A stretch of 63,667 bases of DNA, counting the filler, from Octopus bimaculoides (Eukaryota): NCBI RefSeq assembly GCF_001194135.2. It is 4 parts of 4 records of this genome, joined end to end, with 100 filler letters (N's around TTAATTAATTAA, not from the genome) between each part and the next. Parts side by side here need not be neighbours in the genome. Positions count along the whole stretch, not along the records: positions 19,664 to 45,767 come from NC_069010.1; 3 more parts are not named here. One strand, 5' to 3'. The translations under genes were made by a program, and so were the position numbers. Below are positions 24,985 through 37,268 of the stretch, piece by piece (the stretch's first letter is position 1; each line of letters opens with the position of its first letter). Under the pieces are notes generated by a model. It was not told the DNA's origin and did no database searches. It saw only the letters and a program-made list of their open reading frames with translations.

Positions 24985-26690
24985 ACCGCGCTGCTTTAGT
25001 AGTACCCATCATCATCATCATCATCACAACTGTCACCATCATCACCACCACCACGTTGTTATGAATCAGACGTTCGCCTCCATCACCACCGGCACCACCT
25101 CTACTTCCATCACCACCACCACCACCTTCAGCAGAAAAGCCATCGCCTGCGCCAATACCACCATCATCACCCCCACCCTCCACTGTCGCCACGACCATCA
25201 CGACTACCGTCACCGCCGCCACCGTAATCAGCAGTACCTCCCCCCACCACTATGTCACGGTTATCACAACTATCACAGCCATCACCACCACTACCACCAC
25301 CATCACTACTATTATCCATATGTAGCGGTAATGTCACGGCCAGCAGCAGCAATGACACGATCTTCCCTCCCTCCTCCTTCGTTATCTCTTCTTATTCTCC
25401 TTAACCTCCTTCCCCTTCATCGCTACCACCACCATCATCAACAACGTTGTTATCTATAACTTCTTACTTTCTTTCTCTCCTTCTACCACCGCCACCACCA
25501 TTAGCACACTCTCATCATCACCACCAGCATTATCATTATCCCCACCACCACCACCACCATCATCAACATTGTCACTTATTCCCTCTACTCCCACCACCAT
25601 CATCATCATAATTATCGTCATTGTCACTTGTACTTCATCTCTCCCACTACCACCACCACTTTTTATCACCACCGCCACCACCATCATCGTTATCATCTGC
25701 TACTCCTCCCCTACCATCGTCATTACCACACAATTATCACCACCACCACCATCATCATTGTCACTAATGTACTGGTGCCACTACGCGTTTCATTCGACCA
25801 GCTAGAAATAGCAGCCAAATCACCCATGACTTAACATTTTTCTAATATTTTCTATCTTGAAATAGGAAGCACAGTCATTATACAATGCGTCCACTATAGC
25901 TATAAGGTAATCTAAGATGTCTTGTGGCTGTGAGGGAACGGAATAAAGCCAGGATGGTCACGGCAGGAAATGCGTTTTAACGATCGGTGTGCTCTCAGTG
26001 ACAAGGGCCGACCTAGGGCTACATTACAACTTGTTCACTATGACAACTACTGCAAGCAACTTAACTATTTTTCATCCTCCCACCACCACCACCACTATCA
26101 TCACCACCGCTATTTGTCTCTTGACTCCACCTTCATAAACACCACCAGACGACCACCTCCTCACCACCACCATAACTATAAACATCTCTACTATGGCCAC
26201 CACCGCCAGCCTCATACTATAACTTCCTCCTCCTCCTACTCGAATTCACCACCACCGCCATCACTTCAATATGTACAATACTGTAACTTCTCACCCCCAC
26301 TACCACAACGGCGGTGACCACCACCATCATGCTTCGCCGCCACCATTCCCATACTGTAACTTCTCCACAATGACCACGACCCTCACCACCATCTCCACTA
26401 CACTACAACTATCGCACCACCACTACCATCTCCAACAACAAATGCACTGTTATTTGCTGCTCACCACCAGCACTACAAGCTTAAACATGCTGTAACCTTA
26501 ACACCACCACCGCCACCAGTACCTTAACTCTGTATACACTGTAATCTCATCCTCCCACCACCACCACCACCACCACCATCATCGTACTTTTAAACAGTCT
26601 TTCCCCATCACCACCGCCACCACGTTAATCTTGTGTACACAGTAATCACCTCCGCCCATTGCTACCATCATCATCATCATCATCAAAACT
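24985..26690 (+). repeat. Long degenerate (ACC/ATC)n low-complexity tract, with a family D copy at about 25795-26040
   Basis: Direct reading; the poly-His/Thr ORFs here are repeat artefacts. Confidence 0.85.
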
Positions 26691-26696
26691 TTATAG

Positions 26697-26857
26697 GCGC
26701 GGGAATGGCTGTGTGGTAAGTAGCTTGCTTACCAACCACATGGTTCTGGGTTCAGTCCCACTGCGTGGCACCTTGGGCAAGTGTCTTCTACTATAGCCTC
26801 GGGCTGACCAAGGCCTTGTGAGTGGATTTGGTAGACGGAAACTGAAAGAAGACCGTC

Positions 26858-26903
<46 letters not shown>

Positions 26904-27352
26904 GTATATATGTATATATATATGTATATATATATATGTATATGTATGTGTGTATGTGTTTGTCCCTCCAACTTCGCTTGACAACCAATTCTGGTGTGTT
27001 TATGTCCCCGTAACTTAGCGGTTCGGCAAAAAAGAGACCGATAGAATAAGTACTAGGCTTCCAAAGAATAAGTCCTGGGGTCGATTTGCTCGACTAAAGG
27101 TGGTGCCCCAGCATAGCCGCAGTCAAATGACTGAAACAAGTAAATGAGTAAATGAGATATATGTATGTGTGTGTCTGTGTTTGTCCCCCCAACTTCGCTT
27201 GACAACCGAGGCTGGTGTGTTTATGTTCCTGTAACTTAGAATAAGTACTAGGCTTACAAAGAATAAGTCCTGGGTTTCGATTTGCTCGACTAAAAGGTGG
27301 TGCCCCAGCATGGCCGCAGTCAAATGACTGAAACAAGTAAAAGAGTAAAAGA
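26697..27352 (+). mobile_element. Family A SINE, full length, plus a tandemly duplicated 3' half
   Basis: Head at 26697, internal (TA)n, tail to about 27150, then a second GTGTTTGTCCCCC...GAAACAAGTAAAAGAGTAAAAGAG (27170-27352). Confidence 0.9.
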
Positions 27353-27599
27353 GCTTCTACTCCGTCGCCTAACGTGCTAGAAATAGCAGCCATATTTACA
27401 TCAATTCATATACTCTACAGCAGGCATAGGCAGATTTTTTCTTTTTTTCGAGAAGCGAGTCGCACAAATTTTTTGAGAAATTCTCGTGGGCCGCCGGTTG
27501 CCTGTGGCTCTTAGTACATGGGAATTAGACCGGATGGTCACAGCTGGAACGGTTTTCGTTATCGCTTTTGCGGGATTGGGTCTGACATGAGGTGAAACA

Positions 27600-28790
27600 A
27601 ACTGAAACTTTTTCATCCCCACCACTGTCTCCATCTGCATCCTCTTACCACCACCACTAATAGTACACAGTAATCCCCCCTCTCACTACTACCATCATCA
27701 GCAGCAGCACCAACGCAACCAAAATACTTCTGCTTCCACCGCCACCACCATCATCAATACAAAGTATTCGTCTCTCCGCCGGCACCACCACTAAGTCGTG
27801 TAAGCGGCTCTCGCCATTACCATTACCACCGCCATCACCACCACCAACATGACACTTAGTCCCCCACCACCTCAATCATCATTTGTTCCTGACGACAGCA
27901 CCACCATCATCACTACAGTGTAGCTTCTGTCAGTCTGTCTGTCTCTCGACACCTCCACCCTCTCCCTCTCACCACCAGCTCCATCGTTACTATCACCACC
28001 ACCACTGCAGCGCAACCTCCTCCCCCTCTTTCTCACTCACCACCAACACCATCGCCTTACTACCACCACCACCACCATCACCATCATTAGTACAGTGTAA
28101 CCTCCTCTCACCTCCACCAAAGTATTCTCACAACACCACTTCCATCACCACCATTAGTTGTTTGCAACCCCTCCCTACTCACTACCATCATCACCCCCAT
28201 CAACATCACCATGCAACGCACCACCGCTACTACCACTATCATCACTGCACTGTAACCTCTCACCACTACCACTGTCAGTAACCTCCTCTTACCATCACTA
28301 TCATCGCTGCACTGTCTCTCTACTGTCACCACCCCGTCATCAGTTCTGTGTGACTTCCTCCTACTACTACAGTCTACCTATCTCTCTCTCTCTCTTTCTG
28401 TACCACCGCCACCGCTATCATTAGTACACCGTAACCGCTCACCACCACCACTACCACCATCATTATACTGTCGCTACCGCCACCATCACCACCCCATCAG
28501 TAGAGTAACTTCTCACCACCACCATCCCCATCATCAGTACAGTGTTACCTCTCGCCACCCCCACATCAGTTCTGAGTAACTTTCTCTCACTACCACCACC
28601 ACCACCACCACCCTCATCGGTGCAGAGTGTTCTACCACGACATTATCTCTCACCACCACCACCATCATCACTACGCCGTTTATCACCACCACCCCGTCAC
28701 CATCATCAGTACAGAGTGACTTCCTCCCACCACGACGCACTTTTTACCTTTTACCACCACCACCACCATCAGCAGCAGCTCCTAGTGCAA
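27600..28790 (+). repeat. Degenerate minisatellite: CAGTACAGTGTAAC(C/T)TC-like anchor plus (ACC)n(ATC)n
   Basis: The anchor recurs about ten times with variable spacing. Confidence 0.7.
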
Positions 28791-28926
28791 TGTTTAAAAG
28801 CCATTATCAAACTCACTCCAAGGATTGTTATGTTGCTATCTCTTCCGCTTCTGTGTCCAAATGGTCACCCTGTCGTGGACTTACGATCACCCCCGCACTG
28901 AATGAAGCCTTAGGCCAGTTCCTTAC

Positions 28927-28958
28927 CTCCACCTTGGACAATGAAAAGGTCAGTGCAG
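28927..28958 (-). other. Candidate small internal exon on the minus strand
   Basis: Acceptor TGTATTAATATACAG|CTG, donor GGAG|GTAAGG; a second in-frame donor GATC|GTAAGT 42 nt further on (exon end 28885). Phase-compatible with the 47175 donor (reads A-ALTFSLSKVE...). Splice signals only. Confidence 0.2.
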
Positions 28959-29397
28959 CTGTATATTAATACATTTAAATACATATAAACATTGTAAACA
29001 ACACGTTTTGTCGTTTGTTTCCTTATGGTGCGTGATTTTGCCGAAAGTCGCGATGTCGATGATGTTTTAAGCCCCTTTTAAGCCCCCTACTTCTGCAGTC
29101 TGTGCTAAACCAGTAGATAGATAGATTATGGGTAATCGGAAAGACGTTCCAACCGTGACCGATCGTAAAACTATGATCATTCGATGTATTTTTTAATGTA
29201 AGGAAAGAAAGAGCCGGGTGACGTGATTCCACGAAGGTTTTTGGTTGCTATTTCTAGCTACCAGGTGAACCGATCACGTCGTGTGTGTATATATATATAT
29301 GTGTATATATATATGTTTATATATATATATGTTTATATATAATGACCACTAAAGTGGACATTTAATGTGCTAGAAGAAGATCACATTAATTTGATTA

Positions 29398-29432
<35 letters not shown>

Positions 29433-29525
29433 TTATGCATGTTTATGTATGTATATATGTAGTTTTCTATGTGTGTATATTATAAATAAATAATACTGTG
29501 CATGTATATATGCGTGTGTATTATA

Positions 29526-29762
29526 CAGGGGGTGAGAAAAAGTAGGTATACAGTCAGTATCACATCAATGTTATAATAAATTCATTAAAATTATTAGCAC
29601 CTTAAATTAGTTAGCCTAATTTTTGATATTTTCAGTCCCATTAATCATAATAATATATATAATACTTTTATCATGACATATAATGTTTTTGTTAAAAATA
29701 AATTGAATATTTTACGTGTTTCCTTTATTCCCAATTGTATACCTATTTTTTACACCACCCTA
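29526..29762. mobile_element. Tc1/mariner-type MITE
   Basis: TA|CAGGGGGTGAGAAAAAGTAGGTATACA ... TGTATACCTATTTTTTACACCACCCTA|TA. Confidence 0.8.
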
Positions 29763-29845
29763 TATATATNNNNNNNNNNNNNNNNNNNNNNNNNNNNNNN
29801 NNNNNNNNNNNNNNNNNNNNNNNNNNNNNNNNNNNNNNNNNNNNN

Positions 29846-29887
<42 letters not shown>

Positions 29888-31020
29888 CCACAACTACTGT
29901 GTTATGAATAAATGTATGGAGTTAGATTATTTGAGTTGTCATATATACACAACAACGTTTGTGTCTTTATATCAAATATGTAGTTCTGCTCGCACCGTGT
30001 TAACAATGTGTGGATGTTTTATTTTTGTGTATAAAAGCTATTTAATTACACACACACAATACGAGACAGTGGCAAAGCCTTTCCGATAACAACCGGCTCT
30101 GATAACATTAAACAAATGAAGAGTTTTGGACCCCTTAAATTTTGATAGCAGAAACCGGTTTTTAACGTAATGCCTGAATTTATATTAAAGTTATGCATAT
30201 GATATATATATATGTATATATAGTTATATTGTTACATAATGCGTGTATGTATGTATATGTGTATGTATGTATATGTGTGTGTGCGTGTTTGTTTATATAG
30301 TTGTATTAAGAATATTGCAGCGTTATATATATATATANNNNNNNNNNNNNNNNNNNNNNNNNNNNNNNNNNNNNNNNNNNNNNNNNNNNNNNNNNNNNNN
30401 NNNNNNNNNNNNNNNNNNNNNNNNNNNNNNNNNNNNNNNNNNNNNNNNNNNNNNNNNNNNNNNNNNNNNNNNNNNNNNNNNNNNNNNNNNNNNNNNNNNN
30501 NNNNNNNNNNNNNNNNNNNNNNNNNNNNNNNNNNNNNNNNNNNNNNNNNNNNNNNNNNNNNNNNNNNNNNNNNNNNNNNNNNNNNNNNNNNNNNNNNNNN
30601 NNNNNNNNNNNNNNNNNNNNNNNNNNNNNNNNNNNNNNNNNNNNNNNNNNNNNNNNNNNNNNNNNNNNNNNNNNNNNNNNNNNNNNNNNNNNNNNNNNNN
30701 NNNNNNNNNNNNNNNNNNNNNNNNNNNNNNNNNNNNNNNNNNNNNNNNNNNNNNNNNNNNNNNNNNNNNNNNNNNNNNNNNNNNNNNNNNNNNNNNNNNN
30801 NNNNNNNNNNNNNNNNNNNNNNNNNNNNNNNNNNNNNNNNNNNNNNNNNNNNNNNNNNNNNNNNNNNNNNNNNNNNNNNNNNNNNNNNNNNNNNNNNNNN
30901 NNNNNNNNNNNNNNNNNNNNNNNNNNNNNNNNNNNNNNNNNNNNNNNNNNNNNNNNNNNNNNNNNNNNNNNNNNNNNNNNNNNNNNNNNNNNNNNNNNNN
31001 NNNNNNNNNNNNNNNNNNNN

Positions 31021-31056
<36 letters not shown>

Positions 31057-31730
31057 AATCTGCGGACATGACAAGAATTATATACATGCACGCAAACAAA
31101 TGGTACTAGTGTGCGTGTATATGTAACATATACATATTCTTTCGCCTTAAAGAGTATTACTTGAACGAATCGACCATAGCTCTTGTTCTATTGGTTTCTT
31201 TTGCGATCTGCTAAGTTACGGGGCCATAAACAAACCAACTCCGGATTTAGGACACACTTGAATACATACCTGCATACACACACACACACACACAAACACG
31301 ACGGGCTTCTTTCAGTTTCCGCTTACAGGGCTTTGGTCGGCTCAGACAGTTACCTAAGGTGCCGCATAGTGGTATCGAACCCTCATGGATGGGAAGCCAG
31401 CTTCTGAACCACTCATAAAAGTAGTTAAATTCTGGGTTTGTGTAACCTTTCTGTGTGAAACTTTAAACAGATGTGAACACATCTGTTTATCGTCTTCGGA
31501 CAGTAAAAATTAGATTTCTTTGTACGTTAATTATATTTACCTGTGTCCAGTGAGAGAGAGAGAGAGAGAGAAACAAAATTGTGTACGGTGACCTCTGTTT
31601 TAAGTTCTACACGGAAAGGTTTCAACTTAGATACTGTTTTTGTGTGTGTGTGTCTGTATGTACGATGTGTGTCTATAATTACATATGCGTGTGTGTGTGT
31701 GTATTTATGCATATCTGTACCTCATGATGA

Positions 31731-31798
31731 GGCTCTGATGAAACTAAAATATTGCCCAGGCATTCAACTGGGAGTCCACCACGAAACAGCTGTAAGCT
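31731..31798 (+). ncRNA. Type I hammerhead ribozyme-like motif with intact core boxes and poor stem II
   Basis: GGCT-CTGATGA(31735-41)...hairpin CCCAG/CTGGG...GAAAC-AGCT-GTA-AGCT. Stem I GGCU/AGCU; palindromic stem III ACAGCUGU; cleavage triplet GUA. Confidence 0.5.
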
Positions 31799-32597
31799 AA
31801 TGAAGTTCATACGATAATCGTTTATTCTTTTGTCATCTCTTTTCTTATCTATGTGTGTGTATATATATAGACTCATGCGCGCATATATTGTTGTGTAGTG
31901 TATTCGCAAAAAAAATCTCAGTATTATTCTGGTATGTATATTTTGTGTGTGTGTATAGTGATTGTGCAGAGGAGCGAAACCTGAACCGCCCTTTCCCTCC
32001 CTGCATCTTAAAACTAATCAATAGTTTCCCACGAGCCAACAAACAGGAACCGGGAGCCCCGTCATGCTAGTTGTAATAACAGTGAAGTCTCATCTGGAGT
32101 ATATATATATATATATATAATAGAGTCTTCCGTCGTTAGACGACATACGAAGGTTCTGCAGCTTCTTGCAGAACAACCACACGGTTGATTTGTTTATAAT
32201 GATCACATAAGCTCACTCCCTCCATCAAGTTGACATTACCTGTACAGGTGCACAACATGCTACATGTCAGATGAGGAAGTGATTTGCAGAGCGACGTGAA
32301 ATGTTTTTGCTCAAGAACACAACGGGATTTTTCTGATTCGGTGGACACCATTATTTAAATTTAGTTTTTATTTAGTGTGTTTTCTACCGAAACACTTTCA
32401 AACTTCGTATACTTGTATATTTTTGTCTTATAGAACAGAGAATAATTTTTATATTCGAAGTTATTTCATGTTAAAAATTGTCGTATTTCGGTATTTTCAA
32501 CCAACTACTAACGTCTATTCAGCTGATCCTCCTGTATTTTCTTTTACCTAAAGCCAGAAACTTTTCTGCACTCCATCGTATGTTTGTGTGTGTTTAC

Positions 32598-32644
<47 letters not shown>

Positions 32645-33859
32645 GTATATCTATATACATATACATAAATATATAGTTTTAGGGAAAAGAACCAAGGTTC
32701 ATGAACTCGTCGATGAAAATCCACTGTCACATATAGAAAAAATTTATAATTAAATGTACAATAAATATAATATAATACAAAGTAAATATCATAAGATCAT
32801 ATTTATGATCATAAATATGATAAGAAACTTAATTTAATTTTAATTTTTTATAAATTGATTTTAANNNNNNNNNNNNNNNNNNNNNNNNNNNNNNNNNNNN
32901 NNNNNNNNNNNNNNNNNNNNNNNNNNNNNNNNNNNNNNNNNNNNNNNNNNNNNNNNNNNNNNNNNNNNNNNNNNNNNNNNNNNNNNNNNNNNNNNNNNNN
33001 NNNNNNNNNNNNNNNNNNNNNNNNNNNNNNNNNNNNNNNNNNNNNNNNNNNNNNNNNNNNNNNNNNNNNNNNNNNNNNNNNNNNNNNNNNNNNNNNNNNN
33101 NNNNNNNNNNNNNNNNNNNNNNNNNNNNNNNNNNNNNNNNNNNNNNNNNNNNNNNNATATATATATATATATATATATAAAACAATAATAAATGAGTATA
33201 TGCATATATACGTACAAGTATGTGCATACCTGCATTTACCTGTATATATAGGTGCATATCTAGGTACAGGACGTTGCAAACAAAACGTAGACAAAAAAAT
33301 AATAATAACCAGAGTACAGAAAACACATACACACACACACAATGCATGCACTCATTTAAAGTCACACACATGTACGTAGACACCACATTTAGCTCTAAGC
33401 GTGGCTTCCAGTTTCCTAGAAACAGCAGCGAAATCCCTGAAATACCACACACTAGTTGTCTCAAAACATGACTGGGCACATTCATCGGGCACTGGTAGCT
33501 CCATCTACATTTCCGGAGTGGGTTTATCTCTCGAAAAGAAAATTAAAAATAATCAAAAACAGGATAGTGCGAGCCGGAATATCTTCGTTCATAAAGCCGT
33601 CTGCTGGATCCTATTTAGCCTAGGGCTAAACAACTACAACAACACGTTGCTGTAGTAGACATGTGAGTTGTGATGTCAACATGGCACTTCTACAGGCAGG
33701 CTGGCTGGTAGGCAGGCATGGTTTGATGTGAAAATGTCTGTGACTGGGTTGTCTGTCTGTGTGTCAGTCAGCAGGCCCTGAACAAGACTAGGACGACGGG
33801 GATGGGGAAGTAACACTAGCTACAGCAACTGGAGAATAGTACTAGAGATGTGTATGGAA

Positions 33860-34480
33860 CAGTGTGACAGGAATATATCGGCAGGTAGGTAGGTAGGGAG
33901 ACGGTTATAGATAGGGATAGATAGATATGTAGATAGGTAAATTGGTAAGTGGATAGGTAAAATGGTAAGTAGATAGATAGATAAGCAAGTAGATAGATAT
34001 ATAGGCAAGTGGATGGCTAGATAGATAGATAGGAAGATAGGTAGATAGACAATATACTGATAGTTAGATGGATAGATAGGTAAGTAGCTAGATAGATAGG
34101 TAGGTAAGTAGATAGGTAGGTAGGTAAGTAGATAGAGAGATAGGTAGGTAAGTAGGTAGATAGATACATTTCTTTTATTAGCCACACAGGGCTCAACAAA
34201 GATGGGACAAATACAATGTAGAGCTTTTCTTTTTGGGAGAAGGAAGGAAAAAAAAGTAGGGGTGTGTCGATCAAAAGGGATCATAGGAAGGGAAAAACGG
34301 GGGAGTTCGATCAAAAGGTATCGAGAAGAAAAAAAAGCGATCAATAGGGATCGTGTAGGTAGATAGATAGATAGATAGATTGATAGGAAGATAGTTACAT
34401 AGACAATATACTGATAGGTAGATAGATGGATATGCAGATAGAAGACAGATAAATAAAATAGGGAGAGAAGACAACTATTT
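33860..34480 (+). repeat. (TAGA/TAGG)n compound microsatellite
   Basis: Direct reading. Confidence 0.9.
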
Positions 34481-35002
34481 CTACCTATCTTTTTTTTTTT
34501 TTACCAGATACAGGAGGATCAGTTAATTATGATTTTACTCTACATTTTCCCCTCGGGAGATTCACACACTTATTGCAGTGGTCTTTCAGTTTTTCTAATC
34601 CCTGTAAAAAGTGCTCGAAAGGTTTGGCCTCCAACCAGGCATTTCGCGACTCCTCGTTTGTATGAGCCAGATACAGACCAATAGGTAGATATAGTGAGGG
34701 AGATTGATTCAAGCGTAGATGTAAATAGGTAAGATATACAAATAGACAGTGTGTGTGTGTTCGCATGTATGTGTGTGTGTTAGTTCGCATGTATGTGTGT
34801 GTGTTAGTCTGTGCTGTCTGATTTGTGAATGTAATGCCAAATGTGTTTGTGTGTCACTAAGTCTAAAAACTGGCAACAATGACAACAAGGATATTTCCCA
34901 TTCTCTGGCTGACTGACATTGTAGAAGTCACCGATACTACCCCCCCACACTTGTGTTGCTATTTTAAATTGTGAAGTAATGTATGATCATATGTGTGTGT
35001 AC

Positions 35003-35042
<40 letters not shown>

Positions 35043-36087
35043 ATATAAGAATAAAATCTTTATAAGAATTTATCAAGTAGTCAGCGTGAAAAAACCTCAT
35101 AAGGAAAAAAAAACCATCATTTTTTTCCATAAATATATAATATAATTTATATAAGGGCATTATTATAAAATAATGCCTCATGCTTAGAGGGACTTAATAA
35201 GTCATATACATACACATATATATATATATGGGAGAATATACAAAAAATAACAACAGACGAGGACAGGTGGTGTAAATAACAAAAGTATATATTAGTATGA
35301 CGCTCGGGAATACGGAAAGTCTTTGACGTNNNNNNNNNNNNNNNNNNNNNNNNNNNNNNNNNNNNNNNNNNNNNNNNNNNNNNNNNNNNNNNNNNNNNNN
35401 NNNNNNNNNNNNNNNNNNNNNNNNNNNNNNNNNNNNNNNNNNNNNNNNNNNNNNNNNNNNNNNNNNNNNNNNNNNNNNNNNNNNNNNNNNNNNNNNNNNN
35501 NNNNNNNNNNNNNNNNNNNNNNNNNNNNNNNNNNNNNNNNNNNNNNNNNNNNNNNNNNNNNNNNNNNNNNNNNNNNNNNNNNNNNNNNNNNNNNNNNNNN
35601 NNNNNNNNNNNNNNNNNNNNNNNNNNNNNNNNNNNNNNNNNNNNNNNNNNNNNNNNNNNNNNNNNNNNNNNNNNNNNNNNNNNNNNNNNNNNNNNNNNNN
35701 NNNNNNNNNNNNNNNNNNNNNNNNNNNNNNNNNNNNNNNNNNNNNNNNNNNNNNNNNNNNNNNNNNNNNNNNNNNNNNNNNNNNNNNNNNNNNNNNNNNN
35801 NNNNNNNNNNNNNNNNNNNNNNNNNNNNNNNNNNNNNNNNNNNNNNNNNNNNNNNNNNNNNNNNNNNNNNNNNNNNNNNNNNNNNNNNNNNNNNNNNNNN
35901 NNNNNNNNNNNNNNNNNNNNNNNNNNNNNNNNNNNNNNNNNNNNNNNNNNNNNNNNNNNNNNNNNNNNNNNNNNNNNNNNNNNNNNNNNNNNNNNNNNNN
36001 NNNNNNNNNNNNNNNNNNNNNNNNNNNNNNNNNNNNNNNNNNNNNNNNNNNNNNNNNNNNNNNNNGCGCGCTTGAGTGCGTATATGG

Positions 36088-36138
<51 letters not shown>

Positions 36139-36579
36139 TATATAAGTAGATGTAGGGTTTTTTAAATCAAAGCTGGACCTCTTCCTGTCGAGAGCCCCAT
36201 ATGAACCTACCTCACGGCAAGAGGTGCAAATGAGGGTTGCTAAATCAAACTCCATTCTTCACCAAGTGCCACATATTGTGGGAGGCTCCCCATAATAACA
36301 GTGTAGCAACACGGCGGTGCATCAGCATGGCCGCAGCTCTAAGCTGGAACTATAAACAAAACAAAAATATATATATATATATTGTCGTTGAATGCTCGAA
36401 ATAAGGAGCAGATTAGACAGCCGACAACTGATGAAGAGTCCTTTGTTTACATATTTCATGTTATTTGCACAGTTGGTGACGTCCTGTTCCCATATGTGCA
36501 TGTATAATATATATTCTGTGCCCACATATGCATATATATAAGTCAGTAAATAGTGGGGTTGTGTTAACCGCACGTGGAA

Positions 36580-36770
36580 TATATATATATATATATATAT
36601 ATACATACATATATACATATATATATGCATATATTTATATATATATACATATGCATATATGTATATATATGCATATATGTATATATATGCATATATTTAT
36701 ATATATGCATATATTTACATATATATATATGCATATATTTATATATATATATGCATATATTTATATATAC

Positions 36771-36803
<33 letters not shown>

Positions 36804-36950
36804 CATATATATATATACATATATATATATACATATATATATATATACATATATACATATATAAATATATATATATACATATATATATATACATATATAC
36901 ATATATATATATACATATATACATATATATATATATATACATATATATAC

Positions 36951-36982
<32 letters not shown>

Positions 36983-37075
36983 ACATATATATATACATAC
37001 ATACATATATATACATATATACATACATATATACATATATATACACATATACACACACATATATATATATATGTG
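36580..37075 (+). repeat. About 500 bp (TA)n/(CATATA)n microsatellite
   Basis: Direct reading; explains the 36528-37372 ORFs. Confidence 0.95.
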
Positions 37076-37220
37076 CGTGTGTGGGCACAGGACGTCACGA
37101 AACGTGTACAACAAAAAAGTACGAAGTACGAGTACATGGAACATGAATTATTCTTACAAACAACGAAAGACACAAATGGAAAACTCACTTGCATGTATCC
37201 ATGCATGCATGCATGCATGC

Positions 37221-37267
<47 letters not shown>

Positions 37268-37268
<1 letters not shown>

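Noticed and set aside
24965-25834. Histidine-rich protein ORFs
   Set aside because: All frames are stop-poor because of ACC/ATC repeats; no good start context or splice signals.
32136-32351. Cys-containing 71-aa minus-strand ORF (MVSTESEKSRC...)
   Set aside because: It contains TTGTGTTCTTGAGCAAAAACATTTCACG, the SINE core seen at 59360, so it is a SINE-derived chance ORF.
36405-36445. CTGATGA near GAAA as a third hammerhead (also 40595-40610 and 18950-18990 on the minus strand)
   Set aside because: The boxes are in the wrong order or lack a GAAAC..GUH with pairable stems.
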